A DNA stretch of 64,000 nucleotides from an uncultured virus (IMG/VR IMGVR_UViG_3300030099_001885) (taxonomy: Duplodnaviria; Heunggongvirae; Uroviricota; Caudoviricetes), in IMG/VR virus record IMGVR_UViG_3300030099_001885, positions 1 to 64,000 of that record; one strand, written 5' to 3'. The notes below the pieces were generated by a model, which was not told the origin of the DNA, did no database searches, and saw nothing but the letters and a program-made list of their open reading frames with translations. Position 1 is the first letter of the stretch; each line of letters starts with the position of its first letter. Positions 38,670-48,377 of this stretch are shown here, one piece after another. Made by a program: the position numbers and the translations under genes.

Positions 38670-39241
38670 TTAGTGTAGACTTTTATGAATTCAAAAACGA
38701 TCCAGTTGCTAACATGGTATGGCTTACAACTAAGCCTTTGTTTACAAAGACACCGTATCAAATTACTCATTGCAATCTTGTATTAGAGTTTGGTGGCAAT
38801 AAATATACTGTTGTAACTAGTGATAAGTTTTCAGCTAGAGTATGTGATAGAGATAAATTTAATGAGTTGTATGAGCCACCTGTGTACAGTCATGTATTTG
38901 GTGAAACTAATCTTACTTACAGTACACTGTGTAAACTAGTCACTGGTTATCAGGGTAGTATTTTAGAAACTGCATGGTGGCGATTGACTGGCTACTATTT
39001 AGGATGGAAGCCAAGATTGTGTACAATTCTTGCACAAGAAATTTTACGAAGCAGTGGATATATGGTAAAATATAATCATAAACCTATTGAGTTTTACAAG
39101 GAGTTGAAGAATGAAAACTATTATGTTCTCAGGCAAAGCAAGGGTTGGGAAGACCCACGCTGCGAATCTGATTGCAGAGCTCGCATTTGCGGACGGTCTG
39201 AGGCCAGTATTTCTGCCCTTCGCCAAGCCTATCAAAGATAG
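38660..39241 (+). CDS. Hypothetical protein
   Basis: ORF overlapping the polymerase stop. An ITHC and a later LCT could indicate a permuted papain-like fold, but this is unverified. Confidence 0.55.
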   Translation: MSLISVDFYEFKNDPVANMVWLTTKPLFTKTPYQITHCNLVLEFGGNKYTVVTSDKFSARVCDRDKFNELYEPPVYSHVFGETNLTYSTLCKLVTGYQGSILETAWWRLTGYYLGWKPRLCTILAQEILRSSGYMVKYNHKPIEFYKELKNENYYVLRQSKGWEDPRCESDCRARICGRSEASISALRQAYQR

Positions 39242-39782
39242 GGCAAAGGCTGAAGGTTATACTAAAGAAGATAATCCTCAAGAGTATAGATCTTATTGTC
39301 AACTAATGGGAGAAACTGCTAGAGAAATAGATCCTGATCACTGGATTAAAGCTTGGCAGACAGAGTTTGAATCTTTTCAAGATAGAGAATTTAATCTTAT
39401 TAAACAAGATAAGAAACACTGGGAGCATCTTATTATTGTAGATGACTGTCGATATTTAAATGAGATTGCATTATGTAAAGAGATTGATGCACATCTTTGT
39501 TTTGTAGCACACGGTCCTCGAGAACTAGAGGATCATCATGGAGATTGGAGAAATCATGAGTCTGAAGAATGGGCTAATGAAGTTGAGAAGAATGGTCAAG
39601 ATTACGATGTGGAACATTGGATCGAAAATTATAATGGCATCAAGACGTATGAAAGGATGATCAAGGAAGTTTACTATCAGGTCAGTAAGGCTGAGGCTTT
39701 CTCTATTGCTAATATGAAAAAGAATATTAAGAAGTTAATGGATTTATTAGACGATGAAGAAACCAAAGACAGCAGTAATTGA
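39111..39782 (+). CDS. Deoxynucleoside monophosphate kinase-like P-loop protein
   Basis: FSGKARVGKT, FAKPIK, IVDDCRYLNE and HESE. Confidence 0.8.
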   Translation: MKTIMFSGKARVGKTHAANLIAELAFADGLRPVFLPFAKPIKDRAKAEGYTKEDNPQEYRSYCQLMGETAREIDPDHWIKAWQTEFESFQDREFNLIKQDKKHWEHLIIVDDCRYLNEIALCKEIDAHLCFVAHGPRELEDHHGDWRNHESEEWANEVEKNGQDYDVEHWIENYNGIKTYERMIKEVYYQVSKAEAFSIANMKKNIKKLMDLLDDEETKDSSN

Positions 39783-40521
39783 TGGTGATATCCTAATATA
39801 TCGTGCCTCATTCTGGGCAGATGTAGAGGGTATTGACGAGCTTCCTGTGCGTCTTAAGCATGATGTAAAGCGATGGACACCACGGGGCTGCAAGCCTATT
39901 GTAGCCCTGTCTTGTCCCCGCAAACAGAACTTTAGGCGTAGGGTTTGGTCTGAGTACAAAGCTCACCGTGATGATACTAATCAGCCTGATTGTATTAATT
40001 ATGCAGTTGAAATTATAGTTGATGACTTTGATATTGTTAAGTATCCCCAGCTTGAGGCTGATGATATTATGGGTATTGAAGCATCGTCTGGTAATGCTAT
40101 CGCTGTAACTATTGATAAAGACTTACGTTGTGTCCCCGGCTGGCACTGGAATCCTGATAAAGAAAAGAAACCTATCTGTGTATCCGAAGAGGAAGCAGAT
40201 AGGTTTTTTTATGAGCAGTGGATGACTGGAGATATGACCGATAATATTCCGGGTCTGTGGAAAGTAGGTCCCAAGAAGGCTCAAAGGTTCTTAGATAATA
40301 CTCCACAAGAAGATTGGGTAAAAGAGATCCTAGAAATGTATCGTGTCGAAGAGAGGCCAGAACATAGGGGTCGAGCAGGTTTAGATCCTATAAGATTTGG
40401 TAAGGCTATGGCTTGGTGTGTTAGAATCCTTCGTCATGAAGAATATGATAAGTCTAGTCAGCTCATAAACTTATGGAACTTTGGGTATAAAGGAGATAAG
40501 AATGCATTCCAAATGTTCTAA
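39754..40521 (+). CDS. 5'-3' exonuclease (T7 gp6-like)
   Basis: IDGDILIY, YKAHR, LEADD, IDKDL and GDMTDNIPG. Confidence 0.93.
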   Translation: MKKPKTAVIDGDILIYRASFWADVEGIDELPVRLKHDVKRWTPRGCKPIVALSCPRKQNFRRRVWSEYKAHRDDTNQPDCINYAVEIIVDDFDIVKYPQLEADDIMGIEASSGNAIAVTIDKDLRCVPGWHWNPDKEKKPICVSEEEADRFFYEQWMTGDMTDNIPGLWKVGPKKAQRFLDNTPQEDWVKEILEMYRVEERPEHRGRAGLDPIRFGKAMAWCVRILRHEEYDKSSQLINLWNFGYKGDKNAFQMF

Positions 40522-40600
40522 CTGTGGTTCAAGTAATATGGTTCAAGCGGGTGTGTGTACTGTATGTACTAATTGCGGATCAACTAGTGGTTGTTCGTAA
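40502..40600 (+). CDS. 32-aa Zn-ribbon micro-protein resembling the NrdJ C-terminal tail, not in the ORF track
   Basis: AAGGAG RBS; MHSKCSNCGSSNMVQAGVCTVCTNCGSTSGCS*. Confidence 0.65.
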   Translation: MHSKCSNCGSSNMVQAGVCTVCTNCGSTSGCS

Positions 40601-40628
40601 TATATTTTAAAAATAATGGAGAATATAC

Positions 40629-40841
40629 ATGCCTTATGTAAAAGAAACAATCCTCAACAAAGCCCAGAAAGCCGTGGCATTATCACCGGCTGAATTATCT
40701 ATTGTTTTAGGACACATGCTTGAAAAGATTGAGGAGTTAGAAAATGAAGTCAAAGAGCTTTCCAAGAATCGACAACCTCGTGCCAAAGCTGCTAAACGAA
40801 ATGTACCCACCACTGGAGTATCAGGAGAAAGTGACTCGTGA
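40629..40841 (+). CDS. Hypothetical protein
   Basis: GGAG RBS; coiled-coil character. Confidence 0.55.
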   Translation: MPYVKETILNKAQKAVALSPAELSIVLGHMLEKIEELENEVKELSKNRQPRAKAAKRNVPTTGVSGESDS

Positions 40842-40926
40842 AGAGTGGGCTTTTCGTGGCGGTCAACGAGATATTATTAGAAAATTAGAAACAATTATTA
40901 AACAGCAAGAGAAAGGGGGCCGATGA
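40744..40926 (+). CDS. Small conserved pre-portal protein
   Basis: GAGGAG RBS; GGQRDIIRKL-type motif at the usual position upstream of the T7-like portal. Confidence 0.55.
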   Translation: MKSKSFPRIDNLVPKLLNEMYPPLEYQEKVTREEWAFRGGQRDIIRKLETIIKQQEKGGR

Positions 40927-41512
40927 TGCCACATTCACCATTTCACAGGGAAACTCCAGAGGAAATTCAACTAAGACGAGAAGCAGAAAGACGAGCTGCA
41001 ATGGAAGAGGGTGGATACGGTAGCGGTAGATTTTCTCGGGCATTGTATGGAAAAGAAACAGGTTCACCACAAAGAGGTGGTGGTCCTTTTTCTGGAATGT
41101 TTTCACCTCAAATAGATAAAACTGTGGANNNNNNNNNNTCCAAAAATTATTTGCTGATATGGATAAAGATCCTGAAGAATATGGTATTAAAGACCAAAAA
41201 ATCTTTGCTAATGAGAATGAATTACATAGATATGTAATGGCATATGTTGATGAATCTAGTCAACTATATCAACAAACTTTAGATACTGAACGAGAAATGA
41301 AAAGGGAGGAAGCAGATGCTAGACTTCAGCGAGAATTTGACAAGGCGGTTTCTGAAGCTGCTAGACCTACTGAAGAAGAAGCTGGGTTGGTAGCAGAGCG
41401 TCGTAGAATGCAAGCAAAGAGTCAAGAGTATGTTGGCAGTAAGGGTGGAGTATCTATGCAACAGGCTCGCAAAGGCGGTTCTGTTATGATTCCACAAAGG
41501 AGGCCAATGTGA
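40923..41512 (+). CDS. Hypothetical protein interrupted by an N-gap (probably one gene)
   Basis: The frame of 41159..41512 is open back to the gap at 41129-41138. Confidence 0.5.
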
Positions 41513-41865
41513 TTTTTACTAATAGAGGAAAGACTACTGGATTAATTTTCGGTAGAAGTAAAAGAAGAAGAGCAAGAAGACAGGCAAGAAGAGATGCTGC
41601 TTTTGCTAAGTTTAGAGCTGGACTTTCTGAAAAATTTAATAAACAATTTATGGCATCGCAAGAACGTCGTAGACAGTTTATGATGGGTGGCGTTGTTGCT
41701 AGCTACAGACAAGGACAGACTGAAGCTGATAAAGCTGACTTTGATATTAAGTCTCGTCAAGCTGCTGCAGATAGACTTGCTGAACAAATGTTAACAGAAT
41801 CAAGAGAGTCTTATAGACCTCGTAAACAATCATTAGGCATGCTGCGTGTGCCAAGGAGGATGTAA
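41509..41865 (+). CDS. Hypothetical virion-associated protein
   Basis: GGAGG RBS; Arg-rich; pre-portal position. Confidence 0.55.
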   Translation: MIFTNRGKTTGLIFGRSKRRRARRQARRDAAFAKFRAGLSEKFNKQFMASQERRRQFMMGGVVASYRQGQTEADKADFDIKSRQAAADRLAEQMLTESRESYRPRKQSLGMLRVPRRM

Positions 41866-41867
41866 GA

Positions 41868-42200
41868 ATGGGTATGGGAGCAAGCTATGATCCGTCTGCT
41901 ATGCAGGCACAGACACAGGCTAATTTAGAAAGAGAAAGACAATATCGAAAACAAGAGGCAGAGTCTGCTCGTAATGCTAGATTAGAAGAAGAAAAGTTAA
42001 GATTATCTTTAGAGCGTGCTGCTCGTGAAGAACAGTATGCAGCCATGCAGGCAGAGAAAGAAGAGATTGAAGAAAAGGAAGAAGAAGCTATTCAAGAACA
42101 GGTTGCTCAGAATACTGCAATGGATAATGTTATGGGTTTCTTTTCAGAACGACCGGGGGTACAGATTAATAAACTCGGAGAAGGTGATAGGCCAACATGA
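41868..42200 (+). CDS. Hypothetical virion-associated protein (gp7.3-like position)
   Basis: MGMG start, Glu/Arg helix; directly before the portal gene. Confidence 0.55.
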   Translation: MGMGASYDPSAMQAQTQANLERERQYRKQEAESARNARLEEEKLRLSLERAAREEQYAAMQAEKEEIEEKEEEAIQEQVAQNTAMDNVMGFFSERPGVQINKLGEGDRPT

Positions 42201-43774
42201 GTATTAAAGAACGGTTTCGTGAGCTAGATAGTAGACGTATCCGAAAACTGGAGCGATCAAGATATGTAGCATCCTTAACTGTTCCTTCTGTCTTACCACC
42301 TGCTGGCTGGACTAATGAAGAACAGTTGCCTCAACCATTTAGTTCTGTCTCTGCCCGTGGTGTAGTAGGTATGGCATCTAGAATGCTTTCTGCTATGCTT
42401 CCTGTTAATGATACACCATTTTTTAAATTCAGTTTAAGACCGGGTACAGAGCCTGATCCTGAAGTTAACAGCTATCTTGAGGCTATGAGTACTCAAGTTT
42501 ATCGTAAGATTAATTCTAAAAATCTTAGAGAAAGTATCTACCAAGCCCTGCAACATCTTATTGTTGTTGGAGATTCACTTGTTATTATGGAAGATGATTT
42601 TTCTTTTAGAGTTATTCGATTTGATCATTTCGTGATGAGGAGGGAAGTTAACGGAGAGCCAAAGGAAATTATTTATCTTGAGTTTGTAGCACGCAGTAAT
42701 GACGAGGCTATTGAAGATAACTTTAGATCTCAATATAGTGCTGACTATGCCTCTGAAGGTTATGATGTTGTATACAATAGATTAACTAAGGAGGAAGATG
42801 ACAATGAGTGGTTTGTCGAACGTGAGCAGGACGAGAAGATCATTGAAACTGGTTCGTACAAAGTGTTTCCTATTATCCCTTTGCGTTGGGTTTCTGTTGC
42901 TGGTGAAAATTATGGAAGATCCCATTGCGAAGATATCGCAGGTGATATCCAATCCTTAGAGTCATTTACTGAGGCTTCACAAGAAGGTATGGCTGCTGCC
43001 TCTACATTCTGGATGGGTGTAGATCCTGCAGGTATTACTGAGATTGATGATCTTGCGGGTCAAGCTAATGGCTCTTGGGTATCTGCTAGGCAGCAAGATG
43101 TTATCGCTTTGTCTCCTGCACAAACATTGAATCCACAAATTCAGGCTACATTCCAAGCTGTAGAAACTATGCGTAGAGAGGTTGGTCAAGCATTCTTACT
43201 TGACTCAGCTGCTATTCCTAGCGGTGACAGAGTTACTGCTACTGCTGTCCGAAGAATTGGACAAGAGCTTGAGACTGTATTAGGTGGAGCATTTAGTTCT
43301 ATTGCACGGGAGTTGTTTGTTCCTATTGTAGAACGAGCCGTCTTCTTGATGTTAGAAGAAGGTGAGATTGACCAACGATTACAAGATCAGTTCTTTGAAG
43401 ATGGTGCATTAAAAGTAGAAATTATTACTGGACTGCAAGCTCTAAGTCGAGATACAGATCTTATGAAGCTTATGCAAATGGGTGAGATGATGCGTAACTT
43501 GCCAGCAGAAGCCATGCAAACATTTAAGTTTGAAGAGTATGGTCGTGCATTGATTACCGCCCTTGGCTTTGATGCTAATAACTGGGTGCGTACTGACGAA
43601 GATATCAAGGCTGAGAAGGCTGAGCAACAACGTGAAATGTTAAATGCTCAACAACAGATGTCTACTAATCAAGCTATTACTCAAGGCGTATCACAGGCTG
43701 CAATGATGGATCTTCAACAGACAGGTGGTCAAGGTATTCAACAGGCTATGCAAGGAATGCAACCGCCGGGGTAA
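42197..43774 (+). CDS. Portal / head-tail connector (T7 gp8-like)
   Basis: LTVPS, ARGV..MASRML, GENYGRS, RVTAT.VR and ITGLQALSR; 525 aa. Confidence 0.95.
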   Translation: MSIKERFRELDSRRIRKLERSRYVASLTVPSVLPPAGWTNEEQLPQPFSSVSARGVVGMASRMLSAMLPVNDTPFFKFSLRPGTEPDPEVNSYLEAMSTQVYRKINSKNLRESIYQALQHLIVVGDSLVIMEDDFSFRVIRFDHFVMRREVNGEPKEIIYLEFVARSNDEAIEDNFRSQYSADYASEGYDVVYNRLTKEEDDNEWFVEREQDEKIIETGSYKVFPIIPLRWVSVAGENYGRSHCEDIAGDIQSLESFTEASQEGMAAASTFWMGVDPAGITEIDDLAGQANGSWVSARQQDVIALSPAQTLNPQIQATFQAVETMRREVGQAFLLDSAAIPSGDRVTATAVRRIGQELETVLGGAFSSIARELFVPIVERAVFLMLEEGEIDQRLQDQFFEDGALKVEIITGLQALSRDTDLMKLMQMGEMMRNLPAEAMQTFKFEEYGRALITALGFDANNWVRTDEDIKAEKAEQQREMLNAQQQMSTNQAITQGVSQAAMMDLQQTGGQGIQQAMQGMQPPG

Positions 43775-43795
43775 TTTAAATGAGGGGGCAAGGGC

Positions 43796-44605
43796 GTGGA
43801 CAATACAGAATTACAAGAACAACTTGTTAGAATTAAGCAACAGTTAGAAGATTGTCGTGAAGAAAACAATCGTAAGTTAAAGACTGCATACGAAGATTGT
43901 GCTAACATTAAGCAGGGTCTTGAGAAAAAAGTGCAGAAGATGACTCTTGCTGCTGCTGTTACTGGCACGGTAGTTGGTGGTGAAGTATTAAGTAAGGTAA
44001 CTGAAACGGTAGAACAGGTTACTGGTCTTACAGATACGCTTGGTGCAGCACCTAAATCAACTAAAGATCCTTATGCTCTTGATTTAGATTGGATTACTCC
44101 AGAAATTAAGATGCCTGATAATGATACAGCAGGCGGTGCTGTGTTAGTTGATGGAGATCAAGATAGTATTTTTGATGCTAAAGAAGGCATGAAGTTTGAT
44201 TTACTTGAAGATTCATGGGCTAGTATTCCTAATCCTGCACAAGATTTAGAGACAGAAGCTGACTTAACTCAGGCTGCTGAGAAAGAATATTTCTTTTTAA
44301 CCGAAGATGAAGACTATTCTATTGCAGAAGGTATTGGTTACTTTGTTGCTAGAGCTGAAGTAGAAGAACTTGTTGAAGAGCTAGAGGCTGAAGAATCTTT
44401 AATTGAATTAGTTACTGAAGAAGAAACTCTATCTATTGAGCAAGCTGAAGTAAAAGAAATTAAAATAGATCAACCAGACGAATACATTCCTCCACCTCCT
44501 GTTGTTATTCAACCTGAGCCTGAGATGATTGTAGTGGCTGAGTCTAAAGGAGTGTGGGCGTTGCCCTTATTATTATTTTGGAAACCAAGGAGGCGTAATG
44601 GCTAA
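43796..44605 (+). CDS. Acidic protein with a degenerate PEP-CTERM-like C-terminal anchor
   Basis: N-terminal coiled coil and hydrophobic segment; ends VAESKGVWALPLLLFWKPRRRNG. Confidence 0.6.
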   Translation: MDNTELQEQLVRIKQQLEDCREENNRKLKTAYEDCANIKQGLEKKVQKMTLAAAVTGTVVGGEVLSKVTETVEQVTGLTDTLGAAPKSTKDPYALDLDWITPEIKMPDNDTAGGAVLVDGDQDSIFDAKEGMKFDLLEDSWASIPNPAQDLETEADLTQAAEKEYFFLTEDEDYSIAEGIGYFVARAEVEELVEELEAEESLIELVTEEETLSIEQAEVKEIKIDQPDEYIPPPPVVIQPEPEMIVVAESKGVWALPLLLFWKPRRRNG

Positions 44606-44762
44606 GAAGAAAGCTAAGAAAAAAACCAACAAAGATGCATGCTATCGTAAAGTAAAAGCAAAGGCTAAGGTCTTTCCATCTGCGTATGCATCTGGTAGAA
44701 TTGTACAGTGCCGAAAAGTAGGTGCTGCTAACTACGGCAATAAGAGTAAAAGAAAGAAGTAA
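44598..44762 (+). CDS. Small basic protein, not in the ORF track
   Basis: AGGAGG RBS; KDACYRKVKAKAKVFPSAYASGRIVQCRK. Confidence 0.7.
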   Translation: MAKKKAKKKTNKDACYRKVKAKAKVFPSAYASGRIVQCRKVGAANYGNKSKRKK

Positions 44763-44765
44763 GTA

Positions 44766-45011
44766 ATGGCTAAAAAGAAATCTGCTACATCTGGTGGTTT
44801 ACGCAAGTGGTTCTCCCAGAATAAAGGTAAAGGTTGGATCGACTGCAAGACCGGCAAACCTTGTGGCAGAAGTGGGAAGAAAGATAAGAACCGTCCCTAT
44901 CCCGCCTGTCGCCCCACTAAGTCTCAGTGTACTTCAGCTGCCAAACGTAAGACTGGACCTGCTCGTATTTCTTGGAAAAAGAAAACTAAAAAGAAGAAGA
45001 CAAGAAAATGA
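44766..45011 (+). CDS. Small basic Cys-containing protein
   Basis: GGLRKWF...WIDCKTGKPCGR...YPACRP. Confidence 0.7.
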   Translation: MAKKKSATSGGLRKWFSQNKGKGWIDCKTGKPCGRSGKKDKNRPYPACRPTKSQCTSAAKRKTGPARISWKKKTKKKKTRK

Positions 45012-45340
45012 AACGTAGAGATCCAGCTAAAGGTACTGGCAAGAAGCCTAAAAAATCAGGTCGTAGATTATATACTGATGAGAATCCTAAAGATACTGTA
45101 CCAGTTAAGTTCAGTAGCGTAGGAGATATTAGAAAAACACTAAGCCAAGCTAGTTTTAAATCTAAGTCACACAAGAGACAGTCTCAAATTATTAATCTTA
45201 TTGAACAACGTTCAAGAGTTGCTAAAGGTAGGACTAAAGATCCTGCTAAGAAGCGAAGTCTAACAGCTGCTCATTCTTATATCGTTAAAAAGAAAGAAGC
45301 AAGTAAACGTAAAACCCAACGCATGAGGAAAAAGAAATGA
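45008..45340 (+). CDS. Small basic protein
   Basis: GTGKKPKKSGRRLYTDENPKDTV; ATGA-coupled. Confidence 0.7.
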   Translation: MKRRDPAKGTGKKPKKSGRRLYTDENPKDTVPVKFSSVGDIRKTLSQASFKSKSHKRQSQIINLIEQRSRVAKGRTKDPAKKRSLTAAHSYIVKKKEASKRKTQRMRKKK

Positions 45341-45471
45341 GAAAAAACGGTAAGAAAAAAACTATGAAGAAAAATGGTAATGGCAAGAAGTTAACAGCAG
45401 CACAAAAGACGTTGCCTCCTTTCTTGCAAGCAAAGATTAAGAAGGCTAAAGCAAAGAAAGGCAAGAAATGA
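45337..45471 (+). CDS. Lys-rich micro-protein, not in the ORF track
   Basis: MRKNGKKKTMKK...LPPFLQAKIKKAKAKKGKK*; ATGA-coupled on both sides. Confidence 0.6.
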   Translation: MRKNGKKKTMKKNGNGKKLTAAQKTLPPFLQAKIKKAKAKKGKK

Positions 45472-45659
45472 AGTATATTGCACTGTTATTATTAGCTGGT
45501 TGTTGTTCTGGCAAATGTATTAATGTTGAAATTAAAGCAGGTGGAGATGTTATTATGGGCGAAGAGTGTGAAAAATGTCCAGTTGCTCCTGCTATTCGTA
45601 AAAAAATAATGGAACATAAATCAAAAGCACGGTATAATATGCAAGGTCAGAAACTGTAA
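45468..45659 (+). CDS. Putative lipoprotein
   Basis: MKYIALLLLAGC lipobox. Confidence 0.6.
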   Translation: MKYIALLLLAGCCSGKCINVEIKAGGDVIMGEECEKCPVAPAIRKKIMEHKSKARYNMQGQKL

Positions 45660-45671
45660 GGGGGATTAGTC

Positions 45672-45968
45672 ATGGCAAAAAAGAAACGTAAAGGTAGTAT
45701 GAAAGGTATGTCAGTTAAAAGTGGTGATAAAAGACCTACAAGTAAGGGTGCTGGAATGACCGCTAAAGGCGTGGCAAAATACCGTAGACAAAACCCCGGA
45801 TCAAAACTTAAAACTGCTGTGACTGAAGCTAAACCTACAGGTAAAAGAGCTAAGCGACGTAAGAGTTACTGCGCTAGGTCTGCTGGTCAAATGAAAATGC
45901 ATGGTGTTAATTGTAAAAAAACACCAAAGAAAAGAATATGTGCAGCAAGAAGGAGATGGAGATGCTGA
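45672..45968 (+). CDS. Small basic conserved phage protein
   Basis: GAGMTAKGVAKYRRQNPGSKLK...RRKSYCARS...RRWRC. Confidence 0.75.
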   Translation: MAKKKRKGSMKGMSVKSGDKRPTSKGAGMTAKGVAKYRRQNPGSKLKTAVTEAKPTGKRAKRRKSYCARSAGQMKMHGVNCKKTPKKRICAARRRWRC

Positions 45969-47017
45969 ATAGTTTATTGGGGGCTTGTTTATTAATTAAT
46001 GGTAGTGGGCCTCCAACTGATCCTGATTCAGTTGCTATGTGGATTGATGATCTTGGTAGGTTAACTCCGTTTGGCAGAACCTTTGATGTTTATATTCAAA
46101 CAGGTTTTGATCCTGACTTTAGTTATCCTAATGGAGATCCACGCCGTCCGTATATGATTGGTTGTACTCGTGGTAATGAGTCACCAGCTAGATCGTTTCA
46201 GTGGATGATTGAAGGTGATGTATTTAAAAACCACAGGCCAGACCATCTGTACCCATGGCTAGAAAACTGCCAAGAGTGCATTGACTATTGGAACCAAGAC
46301 ACTGGCATTCTTTGCCCCGAAGCCGGAGAGTATTGGGAGTGTATACAAGCCAACCCATATCAGCGGTGGATGTATCTGAACATGAACTTTACCCCAATTA
46401 ATTGGGTGTTTGAAGGCCCACAGGGATGCTGTCCCCGGACGGCTGACCTCGTTGATCTTGAGTACGCATGGTGTGACTCTTGGATTCTGCATGGGCCACT
46501 TGGCAAGAAGTATGGCAACTCGCAGCAATACAAATACCCGTTGGTTCAGCAGCAGCACAAGGATCTAATTACTCCAAAGTCATGGAATAATATGGTGCTT
46601 AAAGTTTGGCAGCCAATACCAGTTGGGGAGGTTCAAGGTCAAAGGTGCTGTTCTGCCCCATCGCAGAATGACTACGGCGACCTGATTCGATGGGACGCTG
46701 ACGTTGACTGGATGAGTGAGAAGTATCCGGGTTCGTTCCATATTGCTCGGTTTACTGGTCCTAACAGGTTTGCGTCCTCTGGTGTTGTACGGTTTGCTTG
46801 TGGCAATGATCATCCATGTGAGCCGTCACCTTATCAAATTGCATATGACGCAGATAACTCTTGCCCATCAGACTTGAATGAAGATGGCATAGTTGGATTC
46901 CAAGACTTATTGCAAGTTCTTGGTGATGTAGGTAGTCAAAGATATCATTATCAAACAAACAATGGATTCAATGCAATTGTAAAAGTATTATCAGAATGGG
47001 GGAATTGCGATGGCTAA
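45962..47017 (+). CDS. Secreted Cys/Trp-rich protein with a C-terminal dockerin/EF-hand-like module
   Basis: Hydrophobic N-terminus; C-terminal CPSDLNEDGIVGFQDLLQVL...VLSEWGNC. Confidence 0.7.
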   Translation: MLNSLLGACLLINGSGPPTDPDSVAMWIDDLGRLTPFGRTFDVYIQTGFDPDFSYPNGDPRRPYMIGCTRGNESPARSFQWMIEGDVFKNHRPDHLYPWLENCQECIDYWNQDTGILCPEAGEYWECIQANPYQRWMYLNMNFTPINWVFEGPQGCCPRTADLVDLEYAWCDSWILHGPLGKKYGNSQQYKYPLVQQQHKDLITPKSWNNMVLKVWQPIPVGEVQGQRCCSAPSQNDYGDLIRWDADVDWMSEKYPGSFHIARFTGPNRFASSGVVRFACGNDHPCEPSPYQIAYDADNSCPSDLNEDGIVGFQDLLQVLGDVGSQRYHYQTNNGFNAIVKVLSEWGNCDG

Positions 47018-48095
47018 TGGCAAAACTAAGTACGGTGTTGGTGTTGAAGGAATTCAATCTTTAGAAATTCGTGGTACTACCAACGGCGATCTTGATAAGT
47101 TTGCTTTAATTGCTAATCGTAATCAACTCATTGCATCAGGCACAGAGGATTATGTATTGTCTGTGAGAGAGTCTTTGCTTGCGGATAAAGTTCGCAAGTT
47201 TAGAATTCCTGAAATTTGGGATAGACAGTGGACTCATAAGCTTGGTCCTATTTGGACTCCTATATCTGCAGAAGGATCTACCTGTGAGCTATGGCTCAAT
47301 CCTGAGAATATGGCAACTAATGATGCAGGAGATCGGGTAAATGTTTGTGAAGATTCTTCGGGGAATGGTAGAGACTTTAGCCAAGCTGTATCTAATGATC
47401 AACCAGAATATGCTGCAAAAAATTCTAGTGCTAATAACTTTAGAGGTATGACTGCTACTGGAAGTAGTGATCAATTAGTTGCCAGCTTAGGAACTGGTAT
47501 TGATCACGATACTACTCAAGATTGGTGTTGGGGTTTTGTTGCTATACTTCGAGATCAACATGCTAACACTGGTATAAATCAATGCACTATGGCATATAAT
47601 GGAAATACTGTAGGTAATGGTGCTGGTAATAACGAGTTTGGTATAATTTTTAGATATAACACTCTTAATGCTAATGAAAGATTTCAACTTCGTAAACGAC
47701 ATGCAAGTGGAGAAGCTACCTTTACTTATGATCCTGATGTTACTTTCAATGATAATCAACCTCAAATAGTTATTATTGGTAGAACTAGCGGCAATTCTTT
47801 ATTTAGATTGAATGGTACATCTGAGGCTAGTCAAGGTGGAGATGCTAGAGCCCATGTTGCTCAAGGTGTTGATGGTGGCTGGGGTGGTGGCAATAGCGGT
47901 TCTGCTAATGTTCGAGCATTTCAAGACCCTATGTTTGAGTGGGTTGTTTTAAATGGAACTGGTACCTCTGGTGCTATTGATACTGATATTGTAAAACTAG
48001 AAGGATATTTTGCCCAAAAGTATGGGCTGTTGGATCTGCTACCTGCAGGTCATGCTTATAAAACTGATGCTCCAAGAGCATCCATTACTGTGTAA
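47010..48095 (+). CDS. Beta-sandwich (LamG/ConA-like) virion decoration or adhesin protein
   Basis: WTP...LWL...DSSGNGR...LEGYFAQKYGL...LPAGHAYK pattern. Confidence 0.55.
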   Translation: MANGKTKYGVGVEGIQSLEIRGTTNGDLDKFALIANRNQLIASGTEDYVLSVRESLLADKVRKFRIPEIWDRQWTHKLGPIWTPISAEGSTCELWLNPENMATNDAGDRVNVCEDSSGNGRDFSQAVSNDQPEYAAKNSSANNFRGMTATGSSDQLVASLGTGIDHDTTQDWCWGFVAILRDQHANTGINQCTMAYNGNTVGNGAGNNEFGIIFRYNTLNANERFQLRKRHASGEATFTYDPDVTFNDNQPQIVIIGRTSGNSLFRLNGTSEASQGGDARAHVAQGVDGGWGGGNSGSANVRAFQDPMFEWVVLNGTGTSGAIDTDIVKLEGYFAQKYGLLDLLPAGHAYKTDAPRASITV

Positions 48096-48104
48096 GGAGT
48101 TATC

Positions 48105-48284
48105 ATGGCTAAGAAGAAGAAAGAAAAGAAGACCGGACTTGGTGCTGCTGTTGCCAAGGTAAAGGCAAGACCAAGTGGAAGGCGTGCTGCTGAGCGTAAG
48201 GCTGATGTTAAAGCACCTGCAGCAAGAAGAAGAAAAGGTACTGCAACATCTGGAGGTCGACGTTCAAGAGGCAGTGGAAAATGA
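48105..48284 (+). CDS. Lys/Arg-rich micro-protein, not in the ORF track
   Basis: AAGGAG RBS; MAKKKKEKK...GGRRSRGSGK*. Confidence 0.6.
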   Translation: MAKKKKEKKTGLGAAVAKVKARPSGRRAAERKADVKAPAARRRKGTATSGGRRSRGSGK

Positions 48285-48377
48285 AAACTAAATTTAAATC
48301 TTCTTGCGGTGGAATGGCTGTAAGATATACTGAAAAGGACGCAGAAAAATTTGTAAAGGCAGGAGCCAAAGTTAAGA

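Noticed and set aside
41129..41138. Frameshift or pseudogene at 41.1 kb
   Set aside because: The break coincides with a 10-N scaffold gap, so it is an assembly artefact.
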